In this document: piece by piece, positions 35,329 through 45,485 of the stretch
Position numbering within the stretch: position 1 is the stretch's first letter
Layout: each line of letters opens with the position of its first letter
IMG/VR virus record: IMGVR_UViG_3300037247_001890
Location: 32,001-96,000 of that record
From: a virus
Direction: 5' to 3' (one strand)
DNA length: 64,000 nt
Translations under genes and position numbers: made by a program
Notes under the pieces: model-generated
What the model was told of the DNA's origin: nothing
Database searches by the model: none
The model's input: only the letters and a program-made list of their open reading frames with translations

Positions 35329-38300
35329 TTAATAAGTATATCTGGGATCCTTAGCAAATTCCAAACCATACATATATGCTGGGAGTGGATTGTGACCATG
35401 TATATTTGATGCCATTCTAGTAGATGCCATATCTTTGATAGTGTTTTTTAAATGAACATTAGACAATCTATCTAACCAATCTTGCCCGTCGTCGGTAAGC
35501 ATCTCTATTGATTTGAAATATTCGTTGAATTGTGCAGGTGTTTTATTATCTCTGATCAATGCTTTATTTTTTTTCTTGATGTAGCTCGCTGATATTTTGT
35601 CTCCTATAAGCAAATCTGTATCCCCAGGATCTAAAATTTCAGCATTGTCTGTCACACCACGAATTGCTGTTTCAAAAGTTTTTTGGAAAAATTTATTTTC
35701 ATAAATATTATCCAGTTCTTTAACCATTTCTCGTTGGGCATATTTAAAACTCTTTAATTCAGCTAACTCTTGTGGCTTAATAACTCCTGTTGATATTTTG
35801 TCACCTTTAATTACTGATTGATACCTTTTTACTGTGGGTTCTAAATTTAATGGAACATAATGTGTTATTCCATTTATGAGTATATCTTTTCCACCAATAG
35901 GACTTTCTTTTATACTTTCAATTTGACCGTCAGTTTGTGCCAAGGTTGCTTTATTTGGCACAGTTTCAGGAACTTTGAATATTTGTTCTAATCTTTTAAA
36001 ACCGGCTAAAGCACTTCCACCTGAATCGACTGCCCCGCCTGTATGAAAAGTACGCATTGTAAGTTGAGTACTTCTTTCTGATATTGCTTGCCCATCTAAA
36101 ACCCCAACATTGGTACCAATAGGTGCAAAATCGCCACCTGGCATCAAACCATAGCATTTTTGACAAACACCCTGTGGAGTTTCACATGTCAAAGGACTTC
36201 TGACCACCACAATATTCATTTTAGCTTTTTTTAGCTTCTGTTGAATGTCTAGAGTTATAAGTTGTGCTGCTTCTACAATACCTTCTATATCGAGAGCAGA
36301 TGTGCGATCAAGAATATTTTTATCTGTAATATCAAATTCTATACCATCATTAGTGCCGCAATCTTCTTCTATTACTAATAATTTCCTTGTATTTGCAAGA
36401 AGTCTTTTATTCAATTCACCCGATTCTTGTGTGTTAACTGCACGATCAATAGTACCTTTTCGTACCCCATAAATACTGTTCCAATAATCAAAACTGTCCA
36501 AACCCTCACCATAACTTTTTGTTATAGGAATTGGTATTTCGTTTCCTTTAGTATCTTGAAGAATTCCAGGCATTCCTATCATTTGAATGACGCCTTCTTC
36601 ACTTTTAAGTGCACCTGATTTTAGCCATTCATAAAATTTGTTGGAATCTGAATATTTTTTATAAAGTTCTTTTTTTAATTCCACCTTAGCATTTTTATAA
36701 GCTTCGATTTTTTTCTCGTCAGACGAGTTTGGACCTAGTGTTGATTTCCATTTTTCTAGTATGTTTTCTCTTATAGAATGATCTACCTGCAAATCATTGA
36801 TGGAGACAGTACTCCCGCGAAGATGACCATAACGATTGCCAAGATCTTTTAATCCTGAAATAACCTGGTCAAAGTTTTCTGGAGTTTCATATGCTATTTT
36901 TTCTAATATAGAATTCACTTTTCTACTATCAAATAAGTTATCATAATCTCGAAATTGTTTTGGCAATATAGAATTCACTAGTTGAATACCTATAGTTGTT
37001 TTTTTACCATTTAAACTGAAAACATCTGTCATGCCAATACCAGCATTTTCTGCATCTACTACAGTCTTAAATCTTTTTTTGGTATCTTTACCAGGAACAG
37101 TTAAATAATATAAGCCTAGTTGATAATCTTTACTTATTGCGTGTACTACGGAGTTATCACCAGCTTTAAATACATTTTTAGATGGTAGCATACCCCATGC
37201 CTCATCTACAGCTTCATTTGTTACGGGAACATGGACGGCCATAGCATCGCCATCATAATCCAAATTAAAACCCGCATTGATTAATGGATTTGTTTTAATA
37301 TCTTTACCATCTACTAATATGGGCTTGAAGGCTTGTATTCCGTGTTTATGTAGAGTTGGTGCCCTGTTTAGCAATACGGGACGATTTTCCATTACTTTTA
37401 AGAGTGCTTTTCTTGAACCTATACCATTATCTTTTATATTTTCTAGAGCTTCCAAAGGTTTAAATCCCATTTGAAGCATTTCTTTGATAATAAAAGGTCT
37501 GTAAATAACTTTTGCCATTTCTACGGGAATTCCGGCTTGGTCCAGACCCAATGATGGGTCTACAGTAACAGTAGATCTTCCAGACACATCTTGCCTCTTA
37601 GTCCATACACTTCTTTGTGCAAAACCTTCTTTTGGAACAGATCCTGCAATTGTTTTTACTATACCTGCACTTCTTTTCATTTGTTGATGAAGTGGTTCTT
37701 GTAATCCAACAGCTTCTTTCAAAATACGGTACATATCTTTTCTAGCGGTTCTAGAGAGTTCTTCATCGAATCCCAAATCTTTATTTGTTTTTATGGCGTA
37801 TGCTGTTTGTGCAATTCTAGTGTAATGATGATTAATAGGACTTACTTGTAAATCTCCTGACGGTAATGGGTAAATGGGTCTAAATTTTGCTGGCATTACA
37901 GGAAATTTACTTATCATCAAATCAGTAGGTTTAAAACCAAAAGTTTTTAATGCTTCAAGATGCTTATACTTTTTGTTCAATAGATTACGTTTTGATTTTG
38001 GAGCTTCTTTTAATTCTGCTTTTGTTTTTTTAATTTCGCTTTTCAGATTTATTTCGTTTAATTTTTTTTGTATTAACTTATTACCAGTGACGCCATCCTC
38101 TGAATACGTTTCATTCATTATTTCATCAAATTTTGGACGGGTTAATCCTGTTATTTTTATTATAGCATCCTCAAATATTGGATGTGGCATTTTGGTGTTT
38201 AAATTAATATGTGACCACTTGCTGCCTTGCATACCTCCTACGACATCGGGATCGAACAAACCACCTTTGATTGGTGCTAGATTTTTACCACGTAATACAT

Positions 38301-41300
38301 CCCTGGCGTCTTTTATTTCCCCACCAGACAGTTTAGCAAGCTGCTTATCAGTAAATGGTGATGTAAGTAGATAATTACCGTTTTTAGTTACGTTTACACC
38401 AGCATTTTGTAAATGAGCTACAAGCTTATCAAATACAAAATTTGTTTTAGGAGTTGGCAATGGAAGTCCAACTTGTAATGCTTGCCATATTTCGTCATTC
38501 TTTTGACCTTTTATCAATGTTGCATCACGTAGATTTTTTGTAGCTCCATGTGCTATCATAGCATACATTGTCATTGGATCAATACTTTGACCACCAGTTT
38601 TTCCGGCTGCAGGCTGTAAATTCAAATCATACGAACTACGTTCTCGGGCTTTGTGTTTTTTTTCAACATCATGCATTAAACGTAAGATATATTGATTACC
38701 CGTGAAGATTTTATTTTCGAATGGTTTCCCATCTTTTCCGTCAAAAAGCTGTTCTTCTACCTCAATTTTCTCTTGTTTTAATTTAGCAGTTATATCGGCT
38801 AAAGAATTCTCTCCACTAAAATTTTTTACTATATATTTTTTACCAACTTTTTTGGCCCATTTACCAGCAGCAGTTTCAAGCAACTGACTGGGATTAATAC
38901 GGCCGGGCACACCGGCTGGGCTCATAATAAGATCTATACGTTTTCCGTCTTTATTATGTGGAGCATCACTATTAGGAATTATTTTTGTGATAATACCTTT
39001 ATTACCATATCTTCCAGATATTTTATCACCGACTACCATTGGATTTTCAACGACAATCCAGATATTTATACTTTTTCCTACACTTCTGACATATTTTACT
39101 ACACCTGTTTTATCTTGTGGCCACTCTAAACTTTTGTCGATGTGAGCAAGAAATGATGCTTTACCCATCTTTTTTACCATCATTTCAGTTAAAGTCATAT
39201 CACGTGGTTCCATATAAGAAATGAGGATATCACCTGATTCAACTTTTTCGCCTTCCTTTATAATTCCGTTTTCATCTAATTTAGAGAAATTTTTAGGGGT
39301 CAATTTATCAGGAAATATAATTCTAAATTTAGTTTTATCAGTCATACCATTTTTTGCTTGATACAAACTTTTTTTGACCATACTTGAAGAAGTGAATTTC
39401 TTAGCAAATGATTCAGTAACTACCACGCCATCTTCGAAATTAAAACCTTTCCATGGCATGTATGCCACATTGACATTTGATCCAACAGCCAGAATTGAGT
39501 TTCTTGAAAAATTATGATCAGCTAGGACTTGCCCCTTTGTAACTTTGTCCCCAACTTTTACCGAAGGTGTGGAGTGTAAGTAGGAATTTTGATTCAAAGG
39601 AAAATAATCATATAAACCAATTTTGACACTTTTTCCATTATTATTTTTTAATACTATATAATCTTTATCTATATATGTTATTTCGCCTGCTTGTTCTGCG
39701 TATGGTTGTAAATAAGAACCTGTGATGCCTTCCCACGTATTTTTATCATTAAAATGTGATTGAACAAGGGGTTCTTCACGATTAACAAGACTAACGGCTT
39801 GTGTCAACATTCGGGATCCCATACTAGCTCTGTTACCTTGGGTATTGGCTAAAAATGGAACTAGGTTGGATGTATAAGAGTATATACTGGCAGGATCGAT
39901 TAAAAAATATTCTACTTCACTTGGTTTGAATAGGGTTTGTTTTCCCTGATAATAACCTTTTACTACTCTGCCTTTTGGTTTTATGATTCCATTTACTATT
40001 TTATACTGATCAGGAAAACCTAATTTTATATTCCACACTTCCGCAGCCATCTTATCTTCATAGGACTTTGCTAAATGTTTTTCATCAACACTGGCACCAC
40101 TTTTCAATAAAGGTGTTAAAATATTTTTTTTCTTTTTTATAACTTCTGTAGCCAGTGGAAGTGTGATACCTACTTTGAAACTATCTGGTGTTGCAATCGG
40201 ATCTAAAAAACCTATGTGTGATGGATGAAGGTCACGTGCTTCGTTGGTGATTGCGTGTCTACTTTGAATACCTCCTGTACCCATGATAGTAGTCTTACGC
40301 CATTCATTTAACATTTCTAGGGGATTAGTTTGCGGCGTAGTCGAAGATAAATCAGCCTGTGGTCCAACAAAGAAATTTCTTATAGCATCACCATAATCGC
40401 TTGAACTAATTATTTCTCTTAATTTGTCTTTATTTTCTGAACTTCTGGCAATTCTGGCCACTATTTTTGGTGTATTTTTTTCAAAATATGCATTAAGTAG
40501 ATCATCGACTCCATACAGATCTTTAAAAGTTAAAGAATCTCTTTGATCTGGCTCCTCTTGACCTCTTCTTACTTTCAGAATTTTCTCTGAGGTTGCTAAT
40601 AAGGCTTCAGGTGTTACGCTTTCAAAACTTTTACCAAGGGTTAATTTGGTTGTGAATGGGCTAACTTTAGTATTATCAAAATATTCTTTTAAACCTTCTG
40701 CGGCTTTGTCGTAAGAAACTTCTTGATGTGTCAATTGCTTATAAAGATCAATTACTATTCTTTCTTGTTTTCCTATGGAGGTTCCTACATTTAATCTATA
40801 AACCTCTTCTCCCCAAGCCTTTTTCATTTCATTATCAGAAATGCCAAGAGCTTTCAAAATACCATATAGCTCATAATGTTTATTTTTTCTAGTAAGGAAA
40901 AAAATTCTTTTTTCTGGATCTAAATCCATTTCAAAGTTATAACCCTTTTCCAAATTAAATTGAGATACTATTTGTCCATTGTTTTTTACTCTTGTATAAA
41001 TTCCAGGTTTTAAGCGAAATTGATTCATTGTATGATATTCATTGCCATCTATGATAGTAGAAAATCTATTAGTCATCATTGGTATCGAACCAATTTTTAA
41101 TCTCGCAGAATCCAGAGTTTTGCCAGTCTCATTATCTATTAAACGCATAGTTGCATGTACAGGATAATCCCATGACTTGCCTGCTAGTTTTGCTTTTTTT
41201 TGATCTGGAAAATCGTCGGGAGTTATAGACTTATCAGCTACTTCTAGACTTTCTAATTCTATGGTTTTTTTGGAACCTTTAATTGGAAACTGAGATTTGA

Positions 41301-41376
41301 TCGAATTAGTAATAGAATTTCTAATTTCTTCATTTCTAATTTTAATGCTAAAAGCGTCTCTTACGCTATTTGCCAT
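35329..41376 (-). CDS. single-chain beta/beta' fusion DNA-directed RNA polymerase
   Basis: Beta motifs (RDLHPSH, GNRASMG, GFNFEDG, GDKISGRYGNKG, PGRINPSQ), then beta' motifs (KRQDVSGRS, LLNRAPTLH, catalytic NLDYDGD, TQLTMRTFHTGG). Confidence 0.95.
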   Translation of the reverse strand: MANSVRDAFSIKIRNEEIRNSITNSIKSQFPIKGSKKTIELESLEVADKSITPDDFPDQKKAKLAGKSWDYPVHATMRLIDNETGKTLDSARLKIGSIPMMTNRFSTIIDGNEYHTMNQFRLKPGIYTRVKNNGQIVSQFNLEKGYNFEMDLDPEKRIFFLTRKNKHYELYGILKALGISDNEMKKAWGEEVYRLNVGTSIGKQERIVIDLYKQLTHQEVSYDKAAEGLKEYFDNTKVSPFTTKLTLGKSFESVTPEALLATSEKILKVRRGQEEPDQRDSLTFKDLYGVDDLLNAYFEKNTPKIVARIARSSENKDKLREIISSSDYGDAIRNFFVGPQADLSSTTPQTNPLEMLNEWRKTTIMGTGGIQSRHAITNEARDLHPSHIGFLDPIATPDSFKVGITLPLATEVIKKKKNILTPLLKSGASVDEKHLAKSYEDKMAAEVWNIKLGFPDQYKIVNGIIKPKGRVVKGYYQGKQTLFKPSEVEYFLIDPASIYSYTSNLVPFLANTQGNRASMGSRMLTQAVSLVNREEPLVQSHFNDKNTWEGITGSYLQPYAEQAGEITYIDKDYIVLKNNNGKSVKIGLYDYFPLNQNSYLHSTPSVKVGDKVTKGQVLADHNFSRNSILAVGSNVNVAYMPWKGFNFEDGVVVTESFAKKFTSSSMVKKSLYQAKNGMTDKTKFRIIFPDKLTPKNFSKLDENGIIKEGEKVESGDILISYMEPRDMTLTEMMVKKMGKASFLAHIDKSLEWPQDKTGVVKYVRSVGKSINIWIVVENPMVVGDKISGRYGNKGIITKIIPNSDAPHNKDGKRIDLIMSPAGVPGRINPSQLLETAAGKWAKKVGKKYIVKNFSGENSLADITAKLKQEKIEVEEQLFDGKDGKPFENKIFTGNQYILRLMHDVEKKHKARERSSYDLNLQPAAGKTGGQSIDPMTMYAMIAHGATKNLRDATLIKGQKNDEIWQALQVGLPLPTPKTNFVFDKLVAHLQNAGVNVTKNGNYLLTSPFTDKQLAKLSGGEIKDARDVLRGKNLAPIKGGLFDPDVVGGMQGSKWSHINLNTKMPHPIFEDAIIKITGLTRPKFDEIMNETYSEDGVTGNKLIQKKLNEINLKSEIKKTKAELKEAPKSKRNLLNKKYKHLEALKTFGFKPTDLMISKFPVMPAKFRPIYPLPSGDLQVSPINHHYTRIAQTAYAIKTNKDLGFDEELSRTARKDMYRILKEAVGLQEPLHQQMKRSAGIVKTIAGSVPKEGFAQRSVWTKRQDVSGRSTVTVDPSLGLDQAGIPVEMAKVIYRPFIIKEMLQMGFKPLEALENIKDNGIGSRKALLKVMENRPVLLNRAPTLHKHGIQAFKPILVDGKDIKTNPLINAGFNLDYDGDAMAVHVPVTNEAVDEAWGMLPSKNVFKAGDNSVVHAISKDYQLGLYYLTVPGKDTKKRFKTVVDAENAGIGMTDVFSLNGKKTTIGIQLVNSILPKQFRDYDNLFDSRKVNSILEKIAYETPENFDQVISGLKDLGNRYGHLRGSTVSINDLQVDHSIRENILEKWKSTLGPNSSDEKKIEAYKNAKVELKKELYKKYSDSNKFYEWLKSGALKSEEGVIQMIGMPGILQDTKGNEIPIPITKSYGEGLDSFDYWNSIYGVRKGTIDRAVNTQESGELNKRLLANTRKLLVIEEDCGTNDGIEFDITDKNILDRTSALDIEGIVEAAQLITLDIQQKLKKAKMNIVVVRSPLTCETPQGVCQKCYGLMPGGDFAPIGTNVGVLDGQAISERSTQLTMRTFHTGGAVDSGGSALAGFKRLEQIFKVPETVPNKATLAQTDGQIESIKESPIGGKDILINGITHYVPLNLEPTVKRYQSVIKGDKISTGVIKPQELAELKSFKYAQREMVKELDNIYENKFFQKTFETAIRGVTDNAEILDPGDTDLLIGDKISASYIKKKNKALIRDNKTPAQFNEYFKSIEMLTDDGQDWLDRLSNVHLKNTIKDMASTRMASNIHGHNPLPAYMYGLEFAKDPRYTY

Positions 41377-41424
41377 CTACATTTATCCTTATTTTTTGGA
41401 ATAAGATGATTGTGTACTATTCTA

Positions 41425-41453
41425 AATATACTGAAGAAGGTACATGAAATCAA
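41425..41453 (-). promoter_or_regulatory. sigma70-like promoter TTGATT-17-TATATT of the RNAP gene
   Basis: Exact spacing. Confidence 0.7.
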
Positions 41454-41715
41454 GTATTATCTACTTTTACCCTCCTAACAATGGAATATATTGCCTAACA
41501 AAATATTCGCCCCAAGGAAACAAACAGATAATGCTATAACGGGGAGTGAAAACCGTAGAAGGTCTTCAAAGAAGACCGTACCAAAAAATATAAACTGCCA
41601 AAGTTCCGTTAATCACAAGGTGCTGACCAAAAGATAAAAACAGTTTAATGGGGTCTTTTGATAATCAAAAGACCCTTTTATTTTTTTATTAAAAGTAGGA
41701 GTTGATAATCTAAAA

Positions 41716-42312
41716 ATGTTATGTAGCTATTGTCAGCAAGTAGAGCTGACTCTCGAAGAAGCCAAGTCCGCAAAAAAAGGATGCATGTTTTGTGCAATAG
41801 ACACATCAATAACAATGGCGCGGGCAACTGGACTTAAGGTAGCAATGCCAAAACCGATCGAATATGGACGTACACAACAAGAATATGACGACTATATGCG
41901 AAGAATAAGTAAAAAGGCATCTCATACCGATTTGAAACAAAAGATGCAAGATGCAGCTGATACTCTTGAGCCACCCGGCCAAGATACAGACACAGATACA
42001 AAACAAAAACAATACGTACAAAGACCCGGACAACCATATGACTTTTCGAATGATCACATAGGGCAATTATTAAAAGATTTTGATCCAAATGATCCTCCTC
42101 ACGAATATGAAGAAATGCTAAGTGATGATTTTTTTATTAAAGCATCAGTGCCAGGTCCATTAAATGATAAAATGGATGCAATGATCGCTAAAGAGATCAA
42201 AAGATTATTTACAACAATTGTTTATTTAAAAACTCAAGGATCAGCGTGGGAAAGATATTTCCGTGATCCTGAGGAACCAACTGGACCACAAGGCGTGTTT
42301 CCACCGACGTAA
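41716..42312 (+). CDS. hypothetical protein with N-terminal Zn finger
   Basis: CSYC...CMFC; SD AGGAG. Confidence 0.65.
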   Translation: MLCSYCQQVELTLEEAKSAKKGCMFCAIDTSITMARATGLKVAMPKPIEYGRTQQEYDDYMRRISKKASHTDLKQKMQDAADTLEPPGQDTDTDTKQKQYVQRPGQPYDFSNDHIGQLLKDFDPNDPPHEYEEMLSDDFFIKASVPGPLNDKMDAMIAKEIKRLFTTIVYLKTQGSAWERYFRDPEEPTGPQGVFPPT

Positions 42313-42323
42313 AGGAGAATTAA

Positions 42324-43481
42324 TTGAACGAATTACGCGACAGAATTCTGTCTGTTCGCCAAGAACTCAACGGAATCACCGTTGAAAGAACCGAAGAAAC
42401 ACACGGGCTTATTACTGCTGTATTAACTAACCTTAATATTTTATTTTTAGGTCCTCCTGGGGTAGCAAAATCATTGCTTGCTTCCAGATTTATCAAACAC
42501 ATACAGGGTGGAAAATATTTCCATCGACTTTTGACAGCTTATTCTACTCCAGAAGAGTTGTTTGGACCGTTCTCTATGAGAGAGCTTAAGAATGATAAAT
42601 ACTTAAGGGTAATTGAAGGAATGCTTCCTGAAGCTCACATTGCTGTAATCGACGAGGTTTTTAAAGCAAACGCAGGTATTTTAAACAGTTTGCTTGAATT
42701 ATTGAATGAGCGAGAATTTTCGAATGGCAGGGAAAGAATCAAAGTTCCTTTGCTTACAGTGATTGGCGCGTCGAATGAAATACCAGAAAATGATGAGGGT
42801 TTAGGAGCAGTATACGACAGATTTCATTTGAAGTATCTTACCGAACCTATTCGTGAGCCAGGAAATTTCATGAAGATGCTCGAAATGCCTAATCCTGAAG
42901 ATTTACCTGATCCTGAAGTTACCATAACATTAGATGAACTAGCAGAAACACGAAAATTGGTAAAACAGGTGGCAATTCCAGATGGTGTAATACAAAAATT
43001 GACAAAACTTCGCCATGAACTTACGATTGGCGGCTATATAGTCACTGACAGAACATATAAAGCTTCCATGAAGGTATTAAAAGCAGAAGCATGGCTAAAA
43101 GGTAGAGATATCATTGAAGAAGATGACATGGACGTTTTACGTCATATGTTCTGGGCTGATCCTACGAAAGCACGCGGCGTATATCTGAAAATTTTGGAAA
43201 TGGTTAATCCTGAGAAAAACCTTATCTTGGAAAAATACGAAGAATGTATGCGTATTACGAAAGATGTTTTTGCAGAAAAAGATCCAAAAGTTCAGATGGA
43301 AAATGGTATCGAAGCTGCATCAAAACTAAAGCAGGCTAAATCCGATATCAATAAGCTGATGAAAGAAATGATGAAGAAACAAAAAAACGTCGATGAAATA
43401 AAAACTATGCTTGTCGATATAGATGAGCAAGTTAAAAAGATTTTCGTTGACGCATGCAATATTAAATTGGATGAGGTTTAA
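42324..43481 (+). CDS. MoxR-family AAA+ ATPase (RavA-like)
   Basis: Walker A GPPGVAKS; STPEELFGP; Walker B IAVIDEVFKA; GASNE; YDRF. Confidence 0.92.
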   Translation: MNELRDRILSVRQELNGITVERTEETHGLITAVLTNLNILFLGPPGVAKSLLASRFIKHIQGGKYFHRLLTAYSTPEELFGPFSMRELKNDKYLRVIEGMLPEAHIAVIDEVFKANAGILNSLLELLNEREFSNGRERIKVPLLTVIGASNEIPENDEGLGAVYDRFHLKYLTEPIREPGNFMKMLEMPNPEDLPDPEVTITLDELAETRKLVKQVAIPDGVIQKLTKLRHELTIGGYIVTDRTYKASMKVLKAEAWLKGRDIIEEDDMDVLRHMFWADPTKARGVYLKILEMVNPEKNLILEKYEECMRITKDVFAEKDPKVQMENGIEAASKLKQAKSDINKLMKEMMKKQKNVDEIKTMLVDIDEQVKKIFVDACNIKLDEV

Positions 43482-45049
43482 TGTCTTACAGACAAATAGG
43501 GAAGACTCCCCTTAGTAATAGAAAGAAAGTCACAGACGACATTCATAATTCTAAGCATTCGATAAAGCATGATAAGTTTGATTTGGAAGCTTTTGAGAGA
43601 ACATTAACACAAAGCAAAGTACTTACAGAAAACCGGCGTGCTGGTAAAAAAGAATACAAAGAATTCGCAGAACTCTTACAAGACACATTCTCAGCCTTAT
43701 TCAAATATAATCCGGAACTTTTAAAAGATTACATGATGAATCCGGAATTTTTGCTAAATCGAGAAATAATGAAACAAGTGTTTGAAGCTCCAAAATACAA
43801 GGAGCTTCGAGCACTGACAAGACTTGATGAAGTAAATGCAACTATAGGTACTGAGATTCTTTCTGATGAATTAAAAGAATTTGTAAAGCAGATAAAAGAA
43901 CAACAAGCAGCTTTACAAAAACTTATGGAAGCGATGGAGAAAGAAGCACAAGCACAAGCTGCTGAAAAGAAAGACGAAGAAGGAGAAGGGGAAGAGGTTG
44001 GATCAGCTAAGATATCTGAGCGTTTGTCTCTTAAAGAAGCAAAAAAGAGATTGGAAGAAGCGCGAAAAGATTTCCAAGATTCAGTAGAGAAAAAAGAATT
44101 TCAGCAAAATGTGCATGGTCTGGTAAGTCAAGCACAAAATGTTACTCAAGAAACGAATGACTTTATTGAGGCGTGGGGTTTGGGCAGTGATAATAACTAT
44201 AATAAAAGATCTTATAAAGAAAAGATGGATCTTTTGCACAGATTGCGTAATTCTCCCAAACTTCGTATGATAGCCAAGTTGGCAGGCCGCTATAAAAAGA
44301 TAGCGATGCAACGGCAACACCAAAAAATAAAGAAGGGAACAAACGAGATTTATTCCATTAAACAAGGGAAAGATCTTGGCAAAGTACTACCTTCTGAGTT
44401 AATGAAGCTCAGTGATCCTGTGACTGAAACATTATTTTTTAAAGATTACGTTGAAGGAAAAATTCTTCAATATGAAACAAGAAGTAAAGCTAAGCAAGTC
44501 AAAGGCCCCATTGTAGTAGCAATGGATGAATCATATTCAATGGATGGTCAACCAGAAATATGGGCTAAGGCCGTAGCATTGGGTATACTTGAAATAGCGA
44601 TTGCACAAAAGCGAGATTTCGCAGCAATTCACTTTTCAGGTGATGACAACCCAAAGAGACTGAAAGTAGATTACTTCTACAAAGAACAACCATACAACAT
44701 CGAAAAGATTCTCGAGTTCGCCGAATATTTTGACGGCGGGGGAACTTTTTTCGAAGCACCTCTTGCGAGAGCAAGGACGATAATCAGCGAACACGCGAAA
44801 TTTACGACCGCTGACTTGATATTTATTACGGATGGTGAAGCCCCTATTGGGGATAAATTCCGTGATAAATTCAATGAATGGGTGAAAGAGAGTAAAGTTT
44901 CCATATATTCGATCTTGATCAACCAGGGAGGATATTCTTCGACAGCATCACTTAAAGAATTCACAAAGAAAGAGAATATCTTCAAATTAACAGAGTTATC
45001 GCAAGACGATCAAGATACTCTCGCGATCACCATATTCGATTCGATATAA
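43481..45049 (+). CDS. vWA-domain partner (ViaA-like)
   Basis: VLPSEL; KGPIVVAMDESYSM; GGT; FITDG; coupled to the MoxR gene. Confidence 0.9.
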   Translation: MSYRQIGKTPLSNRKKVTDDIHNSKHSIKHDKFDLEAFERTLTQSKVLTENRRAGKKEYKEFAELLQDTFSALFKYNPELLKDYMMNPEFLLNREIMKQVFEAPKYKELRALTRLDEVNATIGTEILSDELKEFVKQIKEQQAALQKLMEAMEKEAQAQAAEKKDEEGEGEEVGSAKISERLSLKEAKKRLEEARKDFQDSVEKKEFQQNVHGLVSQAQNVTQETNDFIEAWGLGSDNNYNKRSYKEKMDLLHRLRNSPKLRMIAKLAGRYKKIAMQRQHQKIKKGTNEIYSIKQGKDLGKVLPSELMKLSDPVTETLFFKDYVEGKILQYETRSKAKQVKGPIVVAMDESYSMDGQPEIWAKAVALGILEIAIAQKRDFAAIHFSGDDNPKRLKVDYFYKEQPYNIEKILEFAEYFDGGGTFFEAPLARARTIISEHAKFTTADLIFITDGEAPIGDKFRDKFNEWVKESKVSIYSILINQGGYSSTASLKEFTKKENIFKLTELSQDDQDTLAITIFDSI

Positions 45050-45066
45050 CAACTGTTATTCGATAA

Positions 45067-45416
45067 ATGATGATAGCAGAAAATTCAGAATTAGGGAGGG
45101 CGTTTGAGTCCTCCTTATTTCTGTAAGTTTGTTGCAACGACAAATAATCTGACGTATGTAAGTGGCACAATGATACTGACTGATCTCTACCTTGAGACAA
45201 GTGCTATTATAAAAAAAATTAACTATAGATTCCTGCCTCCACGCGTTTGATGCAACGTCAAACACTTATGATGAAATTAGGACGCATAACGAGCAGAAGG
45301 CGTCATTGTATAGGAAATTTTAGCCTTTCCAGTAGGTCCCTTCGGGGACTGAATGATGAAGCGTCATTCGCTTTACAATAAAAAATAAGAGGGCAGCAAG
45401 TTTTCCCTCTTATAGT
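45067..45416 (+). ncRNA. RT-associated structured non-coding RNA (msr/msd-like or two-unit array)
   Basis: Hairpin-dense, without a plus-strand ORF; duplicated 19-nt hairpin at 45127 and 45245. Confidence 0.6.
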
Positions 45417-45424
45417 GGAAAGCA

Positions 45425-45455
45425 CCCCGTGTCCTTTTATAAGGCGCGGGGTTTT
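45425..45455 (+). terminator. terminator-like hairpin before the RT
   Basis: CCCCGTGTCTT-type stem pairing with AAGGCGCGGGG, then TTTT. Confidence 0.6.
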
Positions 45456-45485
45456 ATTTATTCAATTAGTATATAAAAGAAAAAA

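Noticed and set aside
36245-38887. Plus-strand ORFs within the RNAP gene
   Set aside because: Antisense shadows without SD or recognisable motifs
45067-45359. ATGATGA C-box-like motifs at 45067, 45268 and 45353 as an array period
   Set aside because: Spacing is irregular (201 and 85 nt) and the motif is short and AT-rich; insufficient support
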